Source: Halomonas sp. (GTDB taxonomy: Bacteria > Pseudomonadota > Gammaproteobacteria > Pseudomonadales > Halomonadaceae). Taken from it: 64,000 nt of DNA. The stretch's first letter is position 1. Each line of letters begins with the position of its first letter. The stretch covers positions 10,727-74,726 of the forward strand of contig REBQ01000240.1 in NCBI GenBank assembly GCA_007692655.1, read 5' to 3'. Shown in pieces: positions 1-13,103 of this stretch. The notes under the pieces were generated by a model. That model was not told the origin of the DNA. It did not search any database and saw only the letters and a program-made list of their open reading frames with translations. Made by a program: the position numbers and the translations under genes.

Positions 1-245
1 TTAAACATCCCGCTGTGTCAGAAGTCGCTGTCATTGGCCAGCCGGATGAAAAGTGGATTGAGGCCATCACAGCAGTGGTTGTGGTGAAAGAGGGGCAAGA
101 GGTCAGTGAAGATGAGCTGATACACCATGTGAAGACACTGATGGCCCCCTATAAAGTGCCGAAACATATCCTCTTTACCGATGCGTTGCCCAAGAGCACC
201 GCAGGGAAAATTCTCAAGCGTCATCTTCGACAAGCGCTTAAGTAG
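1..245 (+). CDS. Acyl-CoA synthetase (AMP-binding family), C-terminal fragment truncated by the window edge
   Basis: Frame is open from the window start (KHPAVSEVAVIG...PDEKWIEAITAVVV...PKSTAGKILKR), the typical AMP-binding C-terminal domain. Confidence 0.85.
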   Translation, partial: KHPAVSEVAVIGQPDEKWIEAITAVVVVKEGQEVSEDELIHHVKTLMAPYKVPKHILFTDALPKSTAGKILKRHLRQALK

Positions 246-361
246 AGTGAGCGCAGAAGTAAACATGCAACCAAAGAGCTTCAAGGAAAAAACGAACCAC
301 TACCCCCTTCATCGTTGAATAAAGTGGTTTAGCGGAGCGACAGAAAACATAGGAGATAGCC

Positions 362-1549
362 ATGCGATTGGATGATGTAGTGATTTTAGCTGGCGCACGT
401 ACCGCCATCGGTGGGTTTGGTGGTTCGCTTTCAAGCATGGCCCCTTTTGAGCTGGGTGCGATAACCGCCAAAGAAGCGTTGCTTCGAGCGGGCATAGAGG
501 GAGCTGATATTGACCACTCGGTCTATGGCCATATTATTACGACAGGCTCTCAGGATGCTTATCTGGCGCGACACATTGCGCTAGAGGCCAACGTACCCCA
601 AGAGGCCGGAGCGTTTAACGTCAACCGTCTATGCGGCTCCGGTGTTCAGGCAGTGGTCTCCGCCGCGCAGCAAATCACCCTTGGCGACAGTCGGTTAGCG
701 CTGGCTGGAGGTGCCGAGTCAATGTCGCGGGGCGCCTACCTTCTGCCCCCGAACGCGCGCAACGGCGTGCGCATGGGGGATATGAGATTCCAGGATTTAA
801 CCTTGGGCGTATTAAGCGACCCTTTTGGCAGTGGCCATATGGGCTGCACTGCGGAGAATATTGCTAAACAGTATGGGTTAACCCGGGAACAGCTCGATCA
901 ATTTGCCCTTGATAGTCATCAAAAAGCGTCGCGGGCGATTGCTGAAGGCCGTTTTGACGCTCAAATTGTGCCCGTCGAGGTTAGACAAGGTAAGCAAACT
1001 ATCCACTTCTCCCGCGATGAGCACGTGCGCGAAGGCGTTCAGCTTAGCGATTTAGCGCGGCTCAAGCCCGCCTTCCAAAAAGAGGGTGTGGTGACCGCTG
1101 GCAATGCCTCAGGGATCAACGATGGGGCGGCCTCCTTAGTGCTGGCACATGTTGATGAAGCCAAGCAGCGTGGCTTAACGCCCAGAGCCCATCTTCGCGT
1201 CGCCGCGACGGCAGGTGTCGACCCAACGCTGATGGGCTTGGGACCAATCCCGGCGGTTAAACGCTGCCTGGAGCAAGCGGGGCTTAGCATCAACGATATG
1301 GATGTCATCGAATCCAACGAGGCCTTTGCTGCCCAAGCGATGGCAGTAGCAGACACGCTTGGCTTCCCGCTGGAGAAGCTTAACCCCAATGGCGGTGCCG
1401 TTGCTTTGGGGCACCCAGTGGGGGCCACCGGCGCCATTTTGGTACTTAAAGCGCTACACGAATTAGAGCGTATTAACGGCCGCTACGGATTAATAACACT
1501 GTGCATTGGGGGTGGTCAGGGTATCGCTCTCCTGATTGAGCGCAGCTAG
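362..1549 (+). CDS. Acetyl-CoA C-acyltransferase (beta-ketothiolase, BktB-like)
   Basis: 395 aa with thiolase motifs [22 protein letters not shown] and CIGGGQG; RBS AGGAG. Confidence 0.92.
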   Translation: MRLDDVVILAGARTAIGGFGGSLSSMAPFELGAITAKEALLRAGIEGADIDHSVYGHIITTGSQDAYLARHIALEANVPQEAGAFNVNRLCGSGVQAVVSAAQQITLGDSRLALAGGAESMSRGAYLLPPNARNGVRMGDMRFQDLTLGVLSDPFGSGHMGCTAENIAKQYGLTREQLDQFALDSHQKASRAIAEGRFDAQIVPVEVRQGKQTIHFSRDEHVREGVQLSDLARLKPAFQKEGVVTAGNASGINDGAASLVLAHVDEAKQRGLTPRAHLRVAATAGVDPTLMGLGPIPAVKRCLEQAGLSINDMDVIESNEAFAAQAMAVADTLGFPLEKLNPNGGAVALGHPVGATGAILVLKALHELERINGRYGLITLCIGGGQGIALLIERS

Positions 1550-1591
1550 ATTTTCTTAATCGCCAAAAGAACAACTGCAAAGGAGCTTTAT

Positions 1592-3244
1592 ATGCCTACA
1601 GTCACGCCGAAAATTTTACCCGCAGCACCTTCAGCGACAAACCCTGATTTAATGATTGGGGACTTACTTGAGGCGGGTGTTCGCATGGCGGGTGACAATC
1701 AAATTGTTTACCGGGACCAAAGCCGTCACAGCTATAAAAGGTTTCAGGAGCGGGTGCACCAGTTGGCCCATACGCTTACTTCGCAGGGGGTTGAAGCAGG
1801 CGATGTGGTGGCTGTTTTAGATTGGGACAGTCACCGCTATTTGGAGTGTTTCTTTGCGATCCCAATGATTGGAGCCGTACTGCATACGGTGAACGTCCGT
1901 TTAGCGCCTGAGCAAATTCTCTATACCATGGAGCATGCCGAAGACGTTTTTGTCATCGTGCACGAAGAGTTTTTGCCGTTGATCGAGCCATTGGCTGAAA
2001 AACTAACCCAAGTGCGTGGTTACCTGCTATGCCAGGAAGCCCCTAAGGCGGTCAATACCCCGTTACCACTAGCGGGAGAATTTGAAGAGCTGATAGCCCA
2101 ACAGCCCACTCATTACGATTTTCCCACTTTTGATGAAAATGCCGTTGCCACGCTGTTTTACACCACCGGCACTACCGGAAATCCCAAAGGGGTTTTCTTT
2201 ACTCATCGCCAGTTGGTGCTGCATACACTGGGAGAGGCAAGCTCTTTCCAGGCGCCTGGTTTTGAACTGCTAAACCGCGACAAAGTGTATATGCCCATTA
2301 CTCCCATGTTTCACGTTCATGCCTGGGGTGTGCCCTACACCGCCACGCTGATGGGAGCAACGCAGGTCTACCCAGGCCGCTACGAGCCAGAAATGCTGGT
2401 CAAACTCTTGGTCAGCGAGAAAGTCGACTTCTCCCACTGCGTGCCCACGCTTCTCAACATGGTGGTGAGCGCTGAAGCCATTGCTTCCAAAAAGGTCGAT
2501 CTTGCTGGTTGGAAAGTGTTGGTTGGCGGCAGTGCGTTAACCCAGTCGCTGGCGAGTAAAGCGTGGGAGTTGGGTATTGATACGCGCAGTGCTTATGGCA
2601 TGTCAGAAACCTGTCCGCTACTCACCGCTGATATCCTGCCGCACGATATCGACAAGGCTGATTTTGAGACTCAACTGCCTTGGCGCTGCAAAGCAGGGCT
2701 TCCAGTTCCCCTCGTTAAACTGCAAGTAGTCGACGCCGATGGTACGCCGCTGCCCCATGATGGGAAAAGTGTGGGGGAGGTTCGTGCAAAAGCGCCATGG
2801 TTAACCCAGGCTTATTACAAGGAAGAGGTGCGTAGTGAAGAGCTATGGCGCGATGGTTGGCTACACACTGGGGACGTTGGGTCACTCGATGAGCATGGCT
2901 TCTTAACCATCAGTGACCGCATCAAAGATGTAATTAAAACAGGGGGCGAATGGCTCTCCTCACTTGAGTTGGAAAGCTACATAAGCCAATACCCAGGTAT
3001 CAGTGAAGTGGCAGTGATAGGGGTGGCAGATGACAAATGGGGCGAACGACCTGCGGCGTTGGTCGTGGCAACGGATCTTAATAATCCACCTACCAGCGAA
3101 GCCGTGCAGGCATTTTTAGAGCAGTTCGTGACGCAGGGTAAGCTCAACCGTTGGGCAATCCCCTCCATGATACGTTTCGTCGACGAGATACCCAAAACCA
3201 GTGTGGGCAAGCTGGATAAAAAACGTATTCGTACCGAAATTTAG
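1592..3244 (+). CDS. Fatty-acid--CoA ligase (medium-chain, AlkK/DmdB-like)
   Basis: 550 aa with P-loop YTTGTTGNPKG, YGMSET, WLHTGD and PKTSVGKLDKK; RBS AAGGAG. Confidence 0.9.
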   Translation: MPTVTPKILPAAPSATNPDLMIGDLLEAGVRMAGDNQIVYRDQSRHSYKRFQERVHQLAHTLTSQGVEAGDVVAVLDWDSHRYLECFFAIPMIGAVLHTVNVRLAPEQILYTMEHAEDVFVIVHEEFLPLIEPLAEKLTQVRGYLLCQEAPKAVNTPLPLAGEFEELIAQQPTHYDFPTFDENAVATLFYTTGTTGNPKGVFFTHRQLVLHTLGEASSFQAPGFELLNRDKVYMPITPMFHVHAWGVPYTATLMGATQVYPGRYEPEMLVKLLVSEKVDFSHCVPTLLNMVVSAEAIASKKVDLAGWKVLVGGSALTQSLASKAWELGIDTRSAYGMSETCPLLTADILPHDIDKADFETQLPWRCKAGLPVPLVKLQVVDADGTPLPHDGKSVGEVRAKAPWLTQAYYKEEVRSEELWRDGWLHTGDVGSLDEHGFLTISDRIKDVIKTGGEWLSSLELESYISQYPGISEVAVIGVADDKWGERPAALVVATDLNNPPTSEAVQAFLEQFVTQGKLNRWAIPSMIRFVDEIPKTSVGKLDKKRIRTEI

Positions 3245-3260
3245 CTTAGTTGCTAAACCA

Positions 3261-4274
3261 TCAACTAACGTTGCCCGCCGTGCGCGCTTTGCGATACGCG
3301 GCGGGCGAATTGCCTGTCCAGGTTTTAAACGCACGGCTAAAACAGGCCAAGTCTTCAAAGCTTAGCTCTTCTGCGATATTGATAAGCGGTTTCTCACTGC
3401 AAGTAAGCGCCTGGATAGCATAATCTCGGCGATATTCATCTTTAACTGCTTGAAAATGGGTGCCTTCCTGCTTTAAGTGCCTTGCCAGTGTGCGTGCGGA
3501 CATATGCAGTGCATCGGCCACGCTATGCACCGTACCTGCGGTGCGCAGATGACGTGTCAGATGTTCCCGCACGCGATGACTGAGCAGATGATCTTCAAAC
3601 GAAACGTAAAACCAATCCTCTGGTGCCCGCTTTAAAAAGCCACCAAGATGCTTTTTGGTTTGCCGAATGGGGTGATCCAGCAGTCCACGGTCAATATAAA
3701 TAGCAGTTTGACGTTGATCAAAGCGTACAGTGCCTGGATAGAAGTAAAGGTAATCGGCGCTATGGGGTGGCTGAGCGTAAGCACACTCCATCAAGATAGG
3801 TGGTATTTTACGGGCAATTAACCACGACGCGATGCCATGAAACAGCTTCAACATGAGCTCATGAATTAAAATACGGCTGCCTACTAATGGCCTGCGCTCC
3901 ACCAAGGCCATGCGTGCCAGGTTTCCCTGTACCGAAAACGCATAGCCAAAGTCGTCGAGCAGAATACGGAAAAACTGCGTGTATCGGTGCAGCGCGACCT
4001 GCAAGTTAGGCGCATCGAGCATGCTTAAGCAGAGTAGTTTTAAGGCGCCACCACGCAGCGGGCGAGAAAAGAAACCGGGGGTTTCATCATCTAGCTCGTT
4101 AACTAGCACACGATAAAGCTCAGCAAACTGTGCAACAGTAACGCGACCATGGGGGGCGGCGAGCAGGAACGGAGAAATACCCGCACGTTCGAGATAGCGC
4201 GTAGGTGGCGTCGCGCTGTTGGGTAAGTTGTTAAATAGTGCATTTACAAAATGCATCGAGACGGTCACCGTCAC
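3261..4274 (-). CDS. AraC-family transcriptional regulator (long N-terminal domain type)
   Basis: 337 aa with a C-terminal AraC HTH (VADALHMSARTLARHL...LSFEDLACFSRAFKTWTGNSPAAYR); GTG start. Confidence 0.88.
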   Translation of the reverse strand: MTVTVSMHFVNALFNNLPNSATPPTRYLERAGISPFLLAAPHGRVTVAQFAELYRVLVNELDDETPGFFSRPLRGGALKLLCLSMLDAPNLQVALHRYTQFFRILLDDFGYAFSVQGNLARMALVERRPLVGSRILIHELMLKLFHGIASWLIARKIPPILMECAYAQPPHSADYLYFYPGTVRFDQRQTAIYIDRGLLDHPIRQTKKHLGGFLKRAPEDWFYVSFEDHLLSHRVREHLTRHLRTAGTVHSVADALHMSARTLARHLKQEGTHFQAVKDEYRRDYAIQALTCSEKPLINIAEELSFEDLACFSRAFKTWTGNSPAAYRKARTAGNVS

Positions 4275-4437
4275 TGTCTACCTGCCGCTAAAGAGTGTGT
4301 TTGGAAAATTTATACTTAATCACTACCAAACGGTATCACGCGGTTGGTTTACCCTCTATATGATTCCCTTCCATAGTTCCCCCTCCAAGCGCGTGCATGC
4401 GTTACACTGTGCGCCTCACGATTAAGGAGGACACCGC

Positions 4438-6354
4438 GTGACCCTGTTACGACTTGAACAGCTGCAACTCGCTTACGGCACACATGTACTACTCAACCGC
4501 GCCGACCTAACGGTTGAAAAAGGCGAGCGGCTGGCGCTGGTCGGGCGCAACGGCACCGGCAAGTCCACACTGCTGAAGTTAGTGGCGGGAGATATCCTGC
4601 CAGACGATGGCTCAATCTGGCGCGCACCGGGTCTTAAAATAGGTGTCTTGTCCCAGGAGTTACCTGAGTCATCTGGCCTGACTATTTTTGATATGGTTGC
4701 CCAGGGGTTGCCAGAGGCGGGAGAACTACTCTCTGAGTACGACCATCTCATCAATGATCCAGAGCCTGATATGAATCGTATGGCGACGTTGCAAACGCGC
4801 CTGGAAGCCATTGATGGCTGGTCTTACCACCAGCGTATCGACACGGTATTGACCCGCTTAGGCTTACCTCCCGCGGCTGAGATGAGCTCACTGTCTGGCG
4901 GTTGGCGTCGTCGTGTCGCGCTGGCTCGTGCATTGGTGGCTGAGCCGGATTTGCTGCTTCTCGATGAGCCCACCAACCATTTGGACTTAGACACCATTGC
5001 CTGGTTGGAAGAGCAGCTGCTGGCGTTCAACGGTGCGGTGCTGGTGATTACCCATGACCGGGCGTTTCTTTCCAAGCTGGCAACCAATATTCTTGAGTTG
5101 GATCGCGGCCAGTTGGGACGCTACCCAGGCAAGTACGTTGAGTATCAGGCCCGCAAACAGCATGAGCTTGAAGTGGAAGCCCGAGAGCACGCGGAGTTTG
5201 ATAAAAAGTTAGCCCAAGAAGAAGCCTGGATTCGTCAAGGCGTCAAAGCTCGGCGTACCCGCAATGAAGGCCGGGTTCGGGCGCTGGAAGCGATGCGCAA
5301 CGAGCGCAGCCAGCGTCGTGAACGCCAGGGTAATGCCAACTTGACGGTGGATCGTGGCGAGCGCACCGGCAAACGCGTTGTAGAGCTGCAAGGCGTCACC
5401 CAGCGGTTTGGCGACGAGGTCATCTTGCGTGATATCAACCTTGAAGTGCTACGCGGTGACCGGATAGGCTTCCTTGGTCGCAACGGGGCGGGCAAGACAA
5501 CCCTGCTGAAAATCCTGCTGGGTGAGTTAGAACCTAGTGAAGGCAAAGTACAAATGGGCACTAACTTAAAAGTGGCCTATTTCGATCAGCTTCGGGCCGG
5601 GCTTGAACTTGATAAGACCGTCTACGATAACGTTGCTCAGGGCAGTGACCGCGTTAGTGTTGGCGGCAAAGATCGTCACGTGATGAGCTACCTGCAAGAT
5701 TTCCTGTTCACCCCCGAGCGAGTGCGCCAGCCGGTTAAAGCGCTCTCCGGTGGTGAGTCCAACCGGTTGCTGTTAGCCAAGTTGTTTACCCAGCCGGCTA
5801 ACGTGCTAGTGCTCGATGAGCCAACTAACGACCTCGACATGGAAACTCTGGAGCTGTTGGAAGAGTTACTGCTCGATTTCGATGGAACATTGCTGCTGGT
5901 TTCCCATGATCGAACCTTTATGGATAACGTCGTTACCAGCATGCTCGCGTTTGAAGGCGAGGGTGTTGTGCGTGAATACGTGGGTGGATATACCGATTGG
6001 ATTCGCCAAGGCGGCAAGCTACCGCCAGCTCCCTGGGAAGGGGCGGCGCGTCAGCGTACTGAACCGACCTCGGAAGCACCCAAAAAAGTAGTTGAAGCGC
6101 CGGCGGCACCCGCCAAGAAAAGTGTCAAGCTCTCCTACAACTTGCAGCGTGAGTTAGATATTTTACCTGCTGAAATTGAGCGTCTTGAAAGCGATGTCGA
6201 GTCGCTGGAAAGTGAGATGGCGGATCCCGCTTTTTATCAGCAGGGTGCGGATACCGTTGCGGAAAAGCTGCAACTGCTTGAAAAAACGCAGCAGGCGTTG
6301 GAGGTTGCGATGGAGCGCTGGATGGAGCTGGAAGCCATGGCCGCTGGCGAATAG
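4438..6354 (+). CDS. uup: ABC-F family ATPase Uup
   Basis: Two ABC cassettes (GRNGTGKST/LSGGW/LLDEPTNHLD and GRNGAGKTT/LSGGE/VLDEPTNDLD) plus a C-terminal coiled coil (KLSYNLQREL). Confidence 0.93.
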   Translation: MTLLRLEQLQLAYGTHVLLNRADLTVEKGERLALVGRNGTGKSTLLKLVAGDILPDDGSIWRAPGLKIGVLSQELPESSGLTIFDMVAQGLPEAGELLSEYDHLINDPEPDMNRMATLQTRLEAIDGWSYHQRIDTVLTRLGLPPAAEMSSLSGGWRRRVALARALVAEPDLLLLDEPTNHLDLDTIAWLEEQLLAFNGAVLVITHDRAFLSKLATNILELDRGQLGRYPGKYVEYQARKQHELEVEAREHAEFDKKLAQEEAWIRQGVKARRTRNEGRVRALEAMRNERSQRRERQGNANLTVDRGERTGKRVVELQGVTQRFGDEVILRDINLEVLRGDRIGFLGRNGAGKTTLLKILLGELEPSEGKVQMGTNLKVAYFDQLRAGLELDKTVYDNVAQGSDRVSVGGKDRHVMSYLQDFLFTPERVRQPVKALSGGESNRLLLAKLFTQPANVLVLDEPTNDLDMETLELLEELLLDFDGTLLLVSHDRTFMDNVVTSMLAFEGEGVVREYVGGYTDWIRQGGKLPPAPWEGAARQRTEPTSEAPKKVVEAPAAPAKKSVKLSYNLQRELDILPAEIERLESDVESLESEMADPAFYQQGADTVAEKLQLLEKTQQALEVAMERWMELEAMAAGE

Positions 6355-6364
6355 GGCGCACTAT

Positions 6365-6391
6365 AAAAGGCGCCGCGTTGGCGCCTTTTTT
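6365..6391. terminator. Bidirectional intrinsic terminator between uup and the usp gene
   Basis: AAAAGGCGCC-GCGTT-GGCGCCTTTTTT. Confidence 0.85.
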
Positions 6392-6476
6392 GTTAGCACT
6401 AGGCTTGTTTACACTATGTTTGTTAATGCTGTGTTTATTAGTGCTGTGTTTATTAGTGCTGTGTTTGTTAGTGCTT
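6387..6476. repeat. Degenerate 15-bp tandem repeat, about 6 copies
   Basis: TTTTTGTTAGCACTA / GGCTTGTTTACACTA / TGTTTGTTAATGCTG / TGTTTATTAGTGCTG x2 / TGTTTGTTAGTGCTT. Confidence 0.85.
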
Positions 6477-6488
6477 TGGAGCAATAGC

Positions 6489-6941
6489 TCACTCGTCGCT
6501 TTTCTCGCCTTTCTTGCCAACGCGCACGGCTAATACATCGCACTGGGCGCCATGGAGAACCCCGGTAGATGTTGAGCCGAGCAGTAATGCAAAGCCATGG
6601 CGTCCGTGGGAGCCCACGACAATTAAGTCCACGTCATGCTCTTCGGCAAAACGGTGGATTTCAGTATCGGGCATGCCCACCACCACGTATTGGTCGGCTG
6701 GTGGAATATGCGGGGAGGCAATCTCGGCGAGGCGCTTCTTGGCATGATCATCCAGCTGATCTTGAATACTGGTCAGATCCATGGGGATATCCCCCCCGTA
6801 GGCAAACCCTAACGGTTCAAGGGTGTGCATAATGGAGATTTTGGCCCCATTGTTGCGTTCAGCAATCAAAACAGCGCGTTCGAGAATTTTGTGAGAGTCT
6901 TTGGTTAAGTCAACGGCAACTAATAGGTGGCGATAGCTCAT
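6489..6941 (-). CDS. Universal stress protein (UspA family)
   Basis: 150 aa: MSYRHLLVAVDL...DLIVVGSHGRHGFALLLGSTSTGVLH. Confidence 0.92.
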   Translation of the reverse strand: MSYRHLLVAVDLTKDSHKILERAVLIAERNNGAKISIMHTLEPLGFAYGGDIPMDLTSIQDQLDDHAKKRLAEIASPHIPPADQYVVVGMPDTEIHRFAEEHDVDLIVVGSHGRHGFALLLGSTSTGVLHGAQCDVLAVRVGKKGEKSDE

Positions 6942-7103
6942 GGCTTATCTCCTTAGCGGTGGGCGACAAAGTACTACTTTGTACAATAACCCTAATTTAG
7001 ATTGAGTGCCGTGTTTTAACAACGGGTTAAGCCTTAACAACGACCTGCGTCATGGTTTATAGAATAGCGTATCCAGCGCGGTATAGGTTGAAGGAATGTA
7101 AAG

Positions 7104-7646
7104 ATGGATTGGTTGATTATTGTCTTTATTCTGCTGTTTTTGATTGCGCCGTTGAAGTGGTTAAAGCCTAACCCGCGTCAAAAACGTCAGCAAGCACTTC
7201 GCAATCAGGTTAGCAAACAGGGCGTTAACATCAAAATGGAGAAGCCGCCGCTGCATCATTTTAAGGGCACTATGCCTGCTTATCGTTGGCGTTACCCCCA
7301 TGATCAGCCAGGACCGGATTTTCTACTGGTGAGGGATAGCCATGCCAGCGAAGCGTTGGAACCTTATTACGCAGGCTGGCGTTGGCGCATAGCCCCCTTG
7401 CGGCCGCTGCCTGAAACTGCTGTTGAGCCTTTAAAAGCATTGCTGGAGCGCCTTCCTCAAGACGCATTGGTGGTTCAGTCGAGCCCGCATACCCTGACGT
7501 TATGGTGGTGGGAGTCACAAACGGCGGAGCGTTTTTCCACCTACTTGCCAGAGTTCCAGCAATTGCATCAATCACTGCAGGGCTGCGCTGACCAGCCAAG
7601 CAAAAAACCGCTAGCTAATCCCGGTCAGCCCAGTCGACGTTACTAG
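7104..7646 (+). CDS. Hypothetical protein with an N-terminal membrane anchor
   Basis: 180 aa with hydrophobic N-terminus MDWLIIVFILLFLIAPLKWL; RBS AAGGA. Confidence 0.7.
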   Translation: MDWLIIVFILLFLIAPLKWLKPNPRQKRQQALRNQVSKQGVNIKMEKPPLHHFKGTMPAYRWRYPHDQPGPDFLLVRDSHASEALEPYYAGWRWRIAPLRPLPETAVEPLKALLERLPQDALVVQSSPHTLTLWWWESQTAERFSTYLPEFQQLHQSLQGCADQPSKKPLANPGQPSRRY

Positions 7647-7657
7647 GAGCTAGGTCA

Positions 7658-8110
7658 TCAAGAGACAGGGCCGTCTTGATCCCGGGCCTGTATCGCTAAA
7701 CCATTTGACTCGATGAGACCCAGCCACTCGTCCAGTTGATCCAAGTTCTCTTTTGTTAAGCCCGCAAACATCTCTTTACGCGCCTGCTGAGCGACGCTGT
7801 CAATTTTCTCGAGCAGGGGCATAGCGGCCTGGGTGAGATAAATTCGCTTGCTGCGACGGTCATTGTCACAGGCGCGGCGTTCAATCAGCCCTTGTTCTTC
7901 AAGTTGCCCAAGTGTACGTACCAAGGAGGGCGCCTCAACGCCAATCGCCCGGGCGAGGTCGCACTGCGGGTGCCCTTCACCCAAACGCCATAGATGATAA
8001 AGCGTCACCCAGCGTGTTTGTGTCAAACCTAACGGCGCAAGGCGACGATCCAGGATAGAGCGCCACAAGTGTGGCAAGCGTACAATGCGAAAACCAATCG
8101 ATGAAGCCAT
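7658..8110 (-). CDS. slyA: MarR-family regulator (SlyA-like)
   Basis: LGLTQTRWVTLYHL...LARAIGVEAPSLVRTLGQLEEQGLIER...DRRSKRIYLT matches SlyA. ATG at 8110 chosen over TTG at 8116. Confidence 0.85.
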   Translation of the reverse strand: MASSIGFRIVRLPHLWRSILDRRLAPLGLTQTRWVTLYHLWRLGEGHPQCDLARAIGVEAPSLVRTLGQLEEQGLIERRACDNDRRSKRIYLTQAAMPLLEKIDSVAQQARKEMFAGLTKENLDQLDEWLGLIESNGLAIQARDQDGPVS

Positions 8111-8216
8111 AAGCAACTAGCTACCAGTAAGTGTGAGTATGCGAATTGTCATTAGCTGTGCCGCTGAATGCAAGGTGTTCCACCATTCAATCTATGGCTT
8201 GAACCGCATCCCTATC

Positions 8217-9341
8217 TCAGCTTCCAGGTACAAATCGTCTTAAGTTCAGCCCGCTTAAGCCGCTGGCGCGTATTTGCCCGTCTGCCACGGAAGCGGTTTG
8301 ATCATCTTCAGATACATTGAAGCGTAGTAATCCCAAGCGTTGACCGCTACTCGTCATAATATCAACTCGCCACTCTCCAGAGGGATCGGCGGGGAAATTA
8401 CGTTTATGGCTCCATGCCCGGTACCCTTGTTCACGTCCGCCGTTGATATTGAGTTCCACTACATCCATTGGCTGGCCGTTGTGGTGCCAGGCATGGGTAA
8501 TGGTTTCACTTAACCCACGCGGTGCGCGTATCGCGGTATAGACATAAAGCCCGTTGTCGCTAATGGCTTGGGGCGTTAGTGACATGGAGCCCTGTGGCAG
8601 CCGTTGGGCAGTATCAAACGCCGGGGAAAGGGCGCTGCTGGTCATCCACATACTAGCTGGTGGAACCCAAATCCGTCCTACCCAGGCGGCATAGGCAAGC
8701 ACCAGGGTGAGGCCGAAAAAAGCACACCAGCGTTTTATCGAGTGCTGCTTAAGAAGATGCCAAAAGCTGGGCAGTGCGACCAGGATAGTAATACCCAAGG
8801 CTAACAACAAACTTTGACCGGTTGTCAGGTGCAACATAATGGGCAAAGTGACTAGCAACACCAGAAATACGCACTGGGCATGAAATATAAAGTAGAGGCT
8901 GCGCCAACGTTCAGCGACTTTGAAATATAAAGGATCAATAATCGAGAGTATCGCCATGCCCACGATCAATATTGCAAACAGCGTTTGTCCGCTATTCCAA
9001 ACCGTGGTCACCAGAATAAAGGGCAGTGTGAAAAAAAGTGTTTCCTGGTGAATCATCTGAGCAACAAAGGTGGCGACGCCGCGGGGCGGGGTAGGGTGCC
9101 CCCGTCTTGCTAGCCAGCGGCTGATCAAGCCTTCTGATAGCAGCAGCGTCCAAGCGAACACCAAGCCTAATGCCAGGGCAGCGCCTAACCATTGCTGCCG
9201 ATCAACCAGGAAAAAACTGGCTAGGCCTGCAGAGAACGCCATCGGAGGCCAGAGCCAGCTCCAGGGTTTAAGGCGTTCGACGATACGTTCGACACGCTGC
9301 TGAGCCTTGGCGATACGCGTTGGAGTGAGCAGTGTGCCCAT
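8217..9341 (-). CDS. Membrane protein with a DUF2914-like C-terminal domain
   Basis: Several TM segments followed by YTAIRAPRGLSETITHAWHHNG...GGREQGYRAWSHKRNF...GEWRVDI. Confidence 0.75.
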   Translation of the reverse strand: MGTLLTPTRIAKAQQRVERIVERLKPWSWLWPPMAFSAGLASFFLVDRQQWLGAALALGLVFAWTLLLSEGLISRWLARRGHPTPPRGVATFVAQMIHQETLFFTLPFILVTTVWNSGQTLFAILIVGMAILSIIDPLYFKVAERWRSLYFIFHAQCVFLVLLVTLPIMLHLTTGQSLLLALGITILVALPSFWHLLKQHSIKRWCAFFGLTLVLAYAAWVGRIWVPPASMWMTSSALSPAFDTAQRLPQGSMSLTPQAISDNGLYVYTAIRAPRGLSETITHAWHHNGQPMDVVELNINGGREQGYRAWSHKRNFPADPSGEWRVDIMTSSGQRLGLLRFNVSEDDQTASVADGQIRASGLSGLNLRRFVPGS

Positions 9342-9557
9342 ACAAGGTAACCTGCAAGATGAAGGAAAGCGTGATTCTAACAGTCTGCTGGACTTAACGC
9401 TGGCCTACTGCGCATTCTTGCTTCTCGTTATGAACGATAAAATCCATACAGGCTTTTCAATATGAACGGATGCCTGTGCCAGTTGGTCAGATTAGATTGC
9501 AGATTAGCCAAAAGTCAGGGCTTGACGAACTCAGACAACTCAACCAAGCTAGAGCAA

Positions 9558-9573
9558 TCAAACGACCGTATGA
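9558..9573. promoter_or_regulatory. PsrA-type operator upstream of fadBA
   Basis: TCAAAC-GACC-GTATGA has one mismatch to the PsrA palindrome CAAAC-N4-GTTTG. PsrA is the established fadBA repressor in non-enteric gammaproteobacteria. Confidence 0.6.
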
Positions 9574-9638
9574 AAATCGTGTAAAAAGTGTGGCAGGCTC
9601 TTTTTTCAGAGCCAGCCCGACATGTGGAGAGAGCGCGG

Positions 9639-13027
<3,389 letters not shown>

Positions 13028-13047
13028 CCATCGCACGCTCTTGTACT

Positions 13048-13075
13048 AAAAACGGCACCCCAGGGTGCCGTTTTT
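13048..13075. terminator. Bidirectional intrinsic terminator after fadA
   Basis: AAAAACGGCACCC-CA-GGGTGCCGTTTTT. Confidence 0.88.
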
Positions 13076-13103
13076 ATGAGTGCGCTGAGTGGAAGCAGTG
13101 GCA

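Noticed and set aside
6387-6476. CRISPR array or an STNKH-repeat protein (ORF 6125..6520 -)
   Set aside because: The repeats are contiguous with no spacers, and no cas genes are nearby. The ORF overlaps uup antisense, lacks a credible start, and is explained by the DNA repeat.
7040-7053. FNR/ANR-like site upstream of the usp gene (ACGAC-CTGC-GTCAT)
   Set aside because: Only a 7/10 match with a weak -10; plausible but not supportable.
9478-9545. FadR-like site and AGATT repeats upstream of fadB
   Set aside because: The match to the FadR palindrome is poor, and the PsrA-type box explains regulation better.
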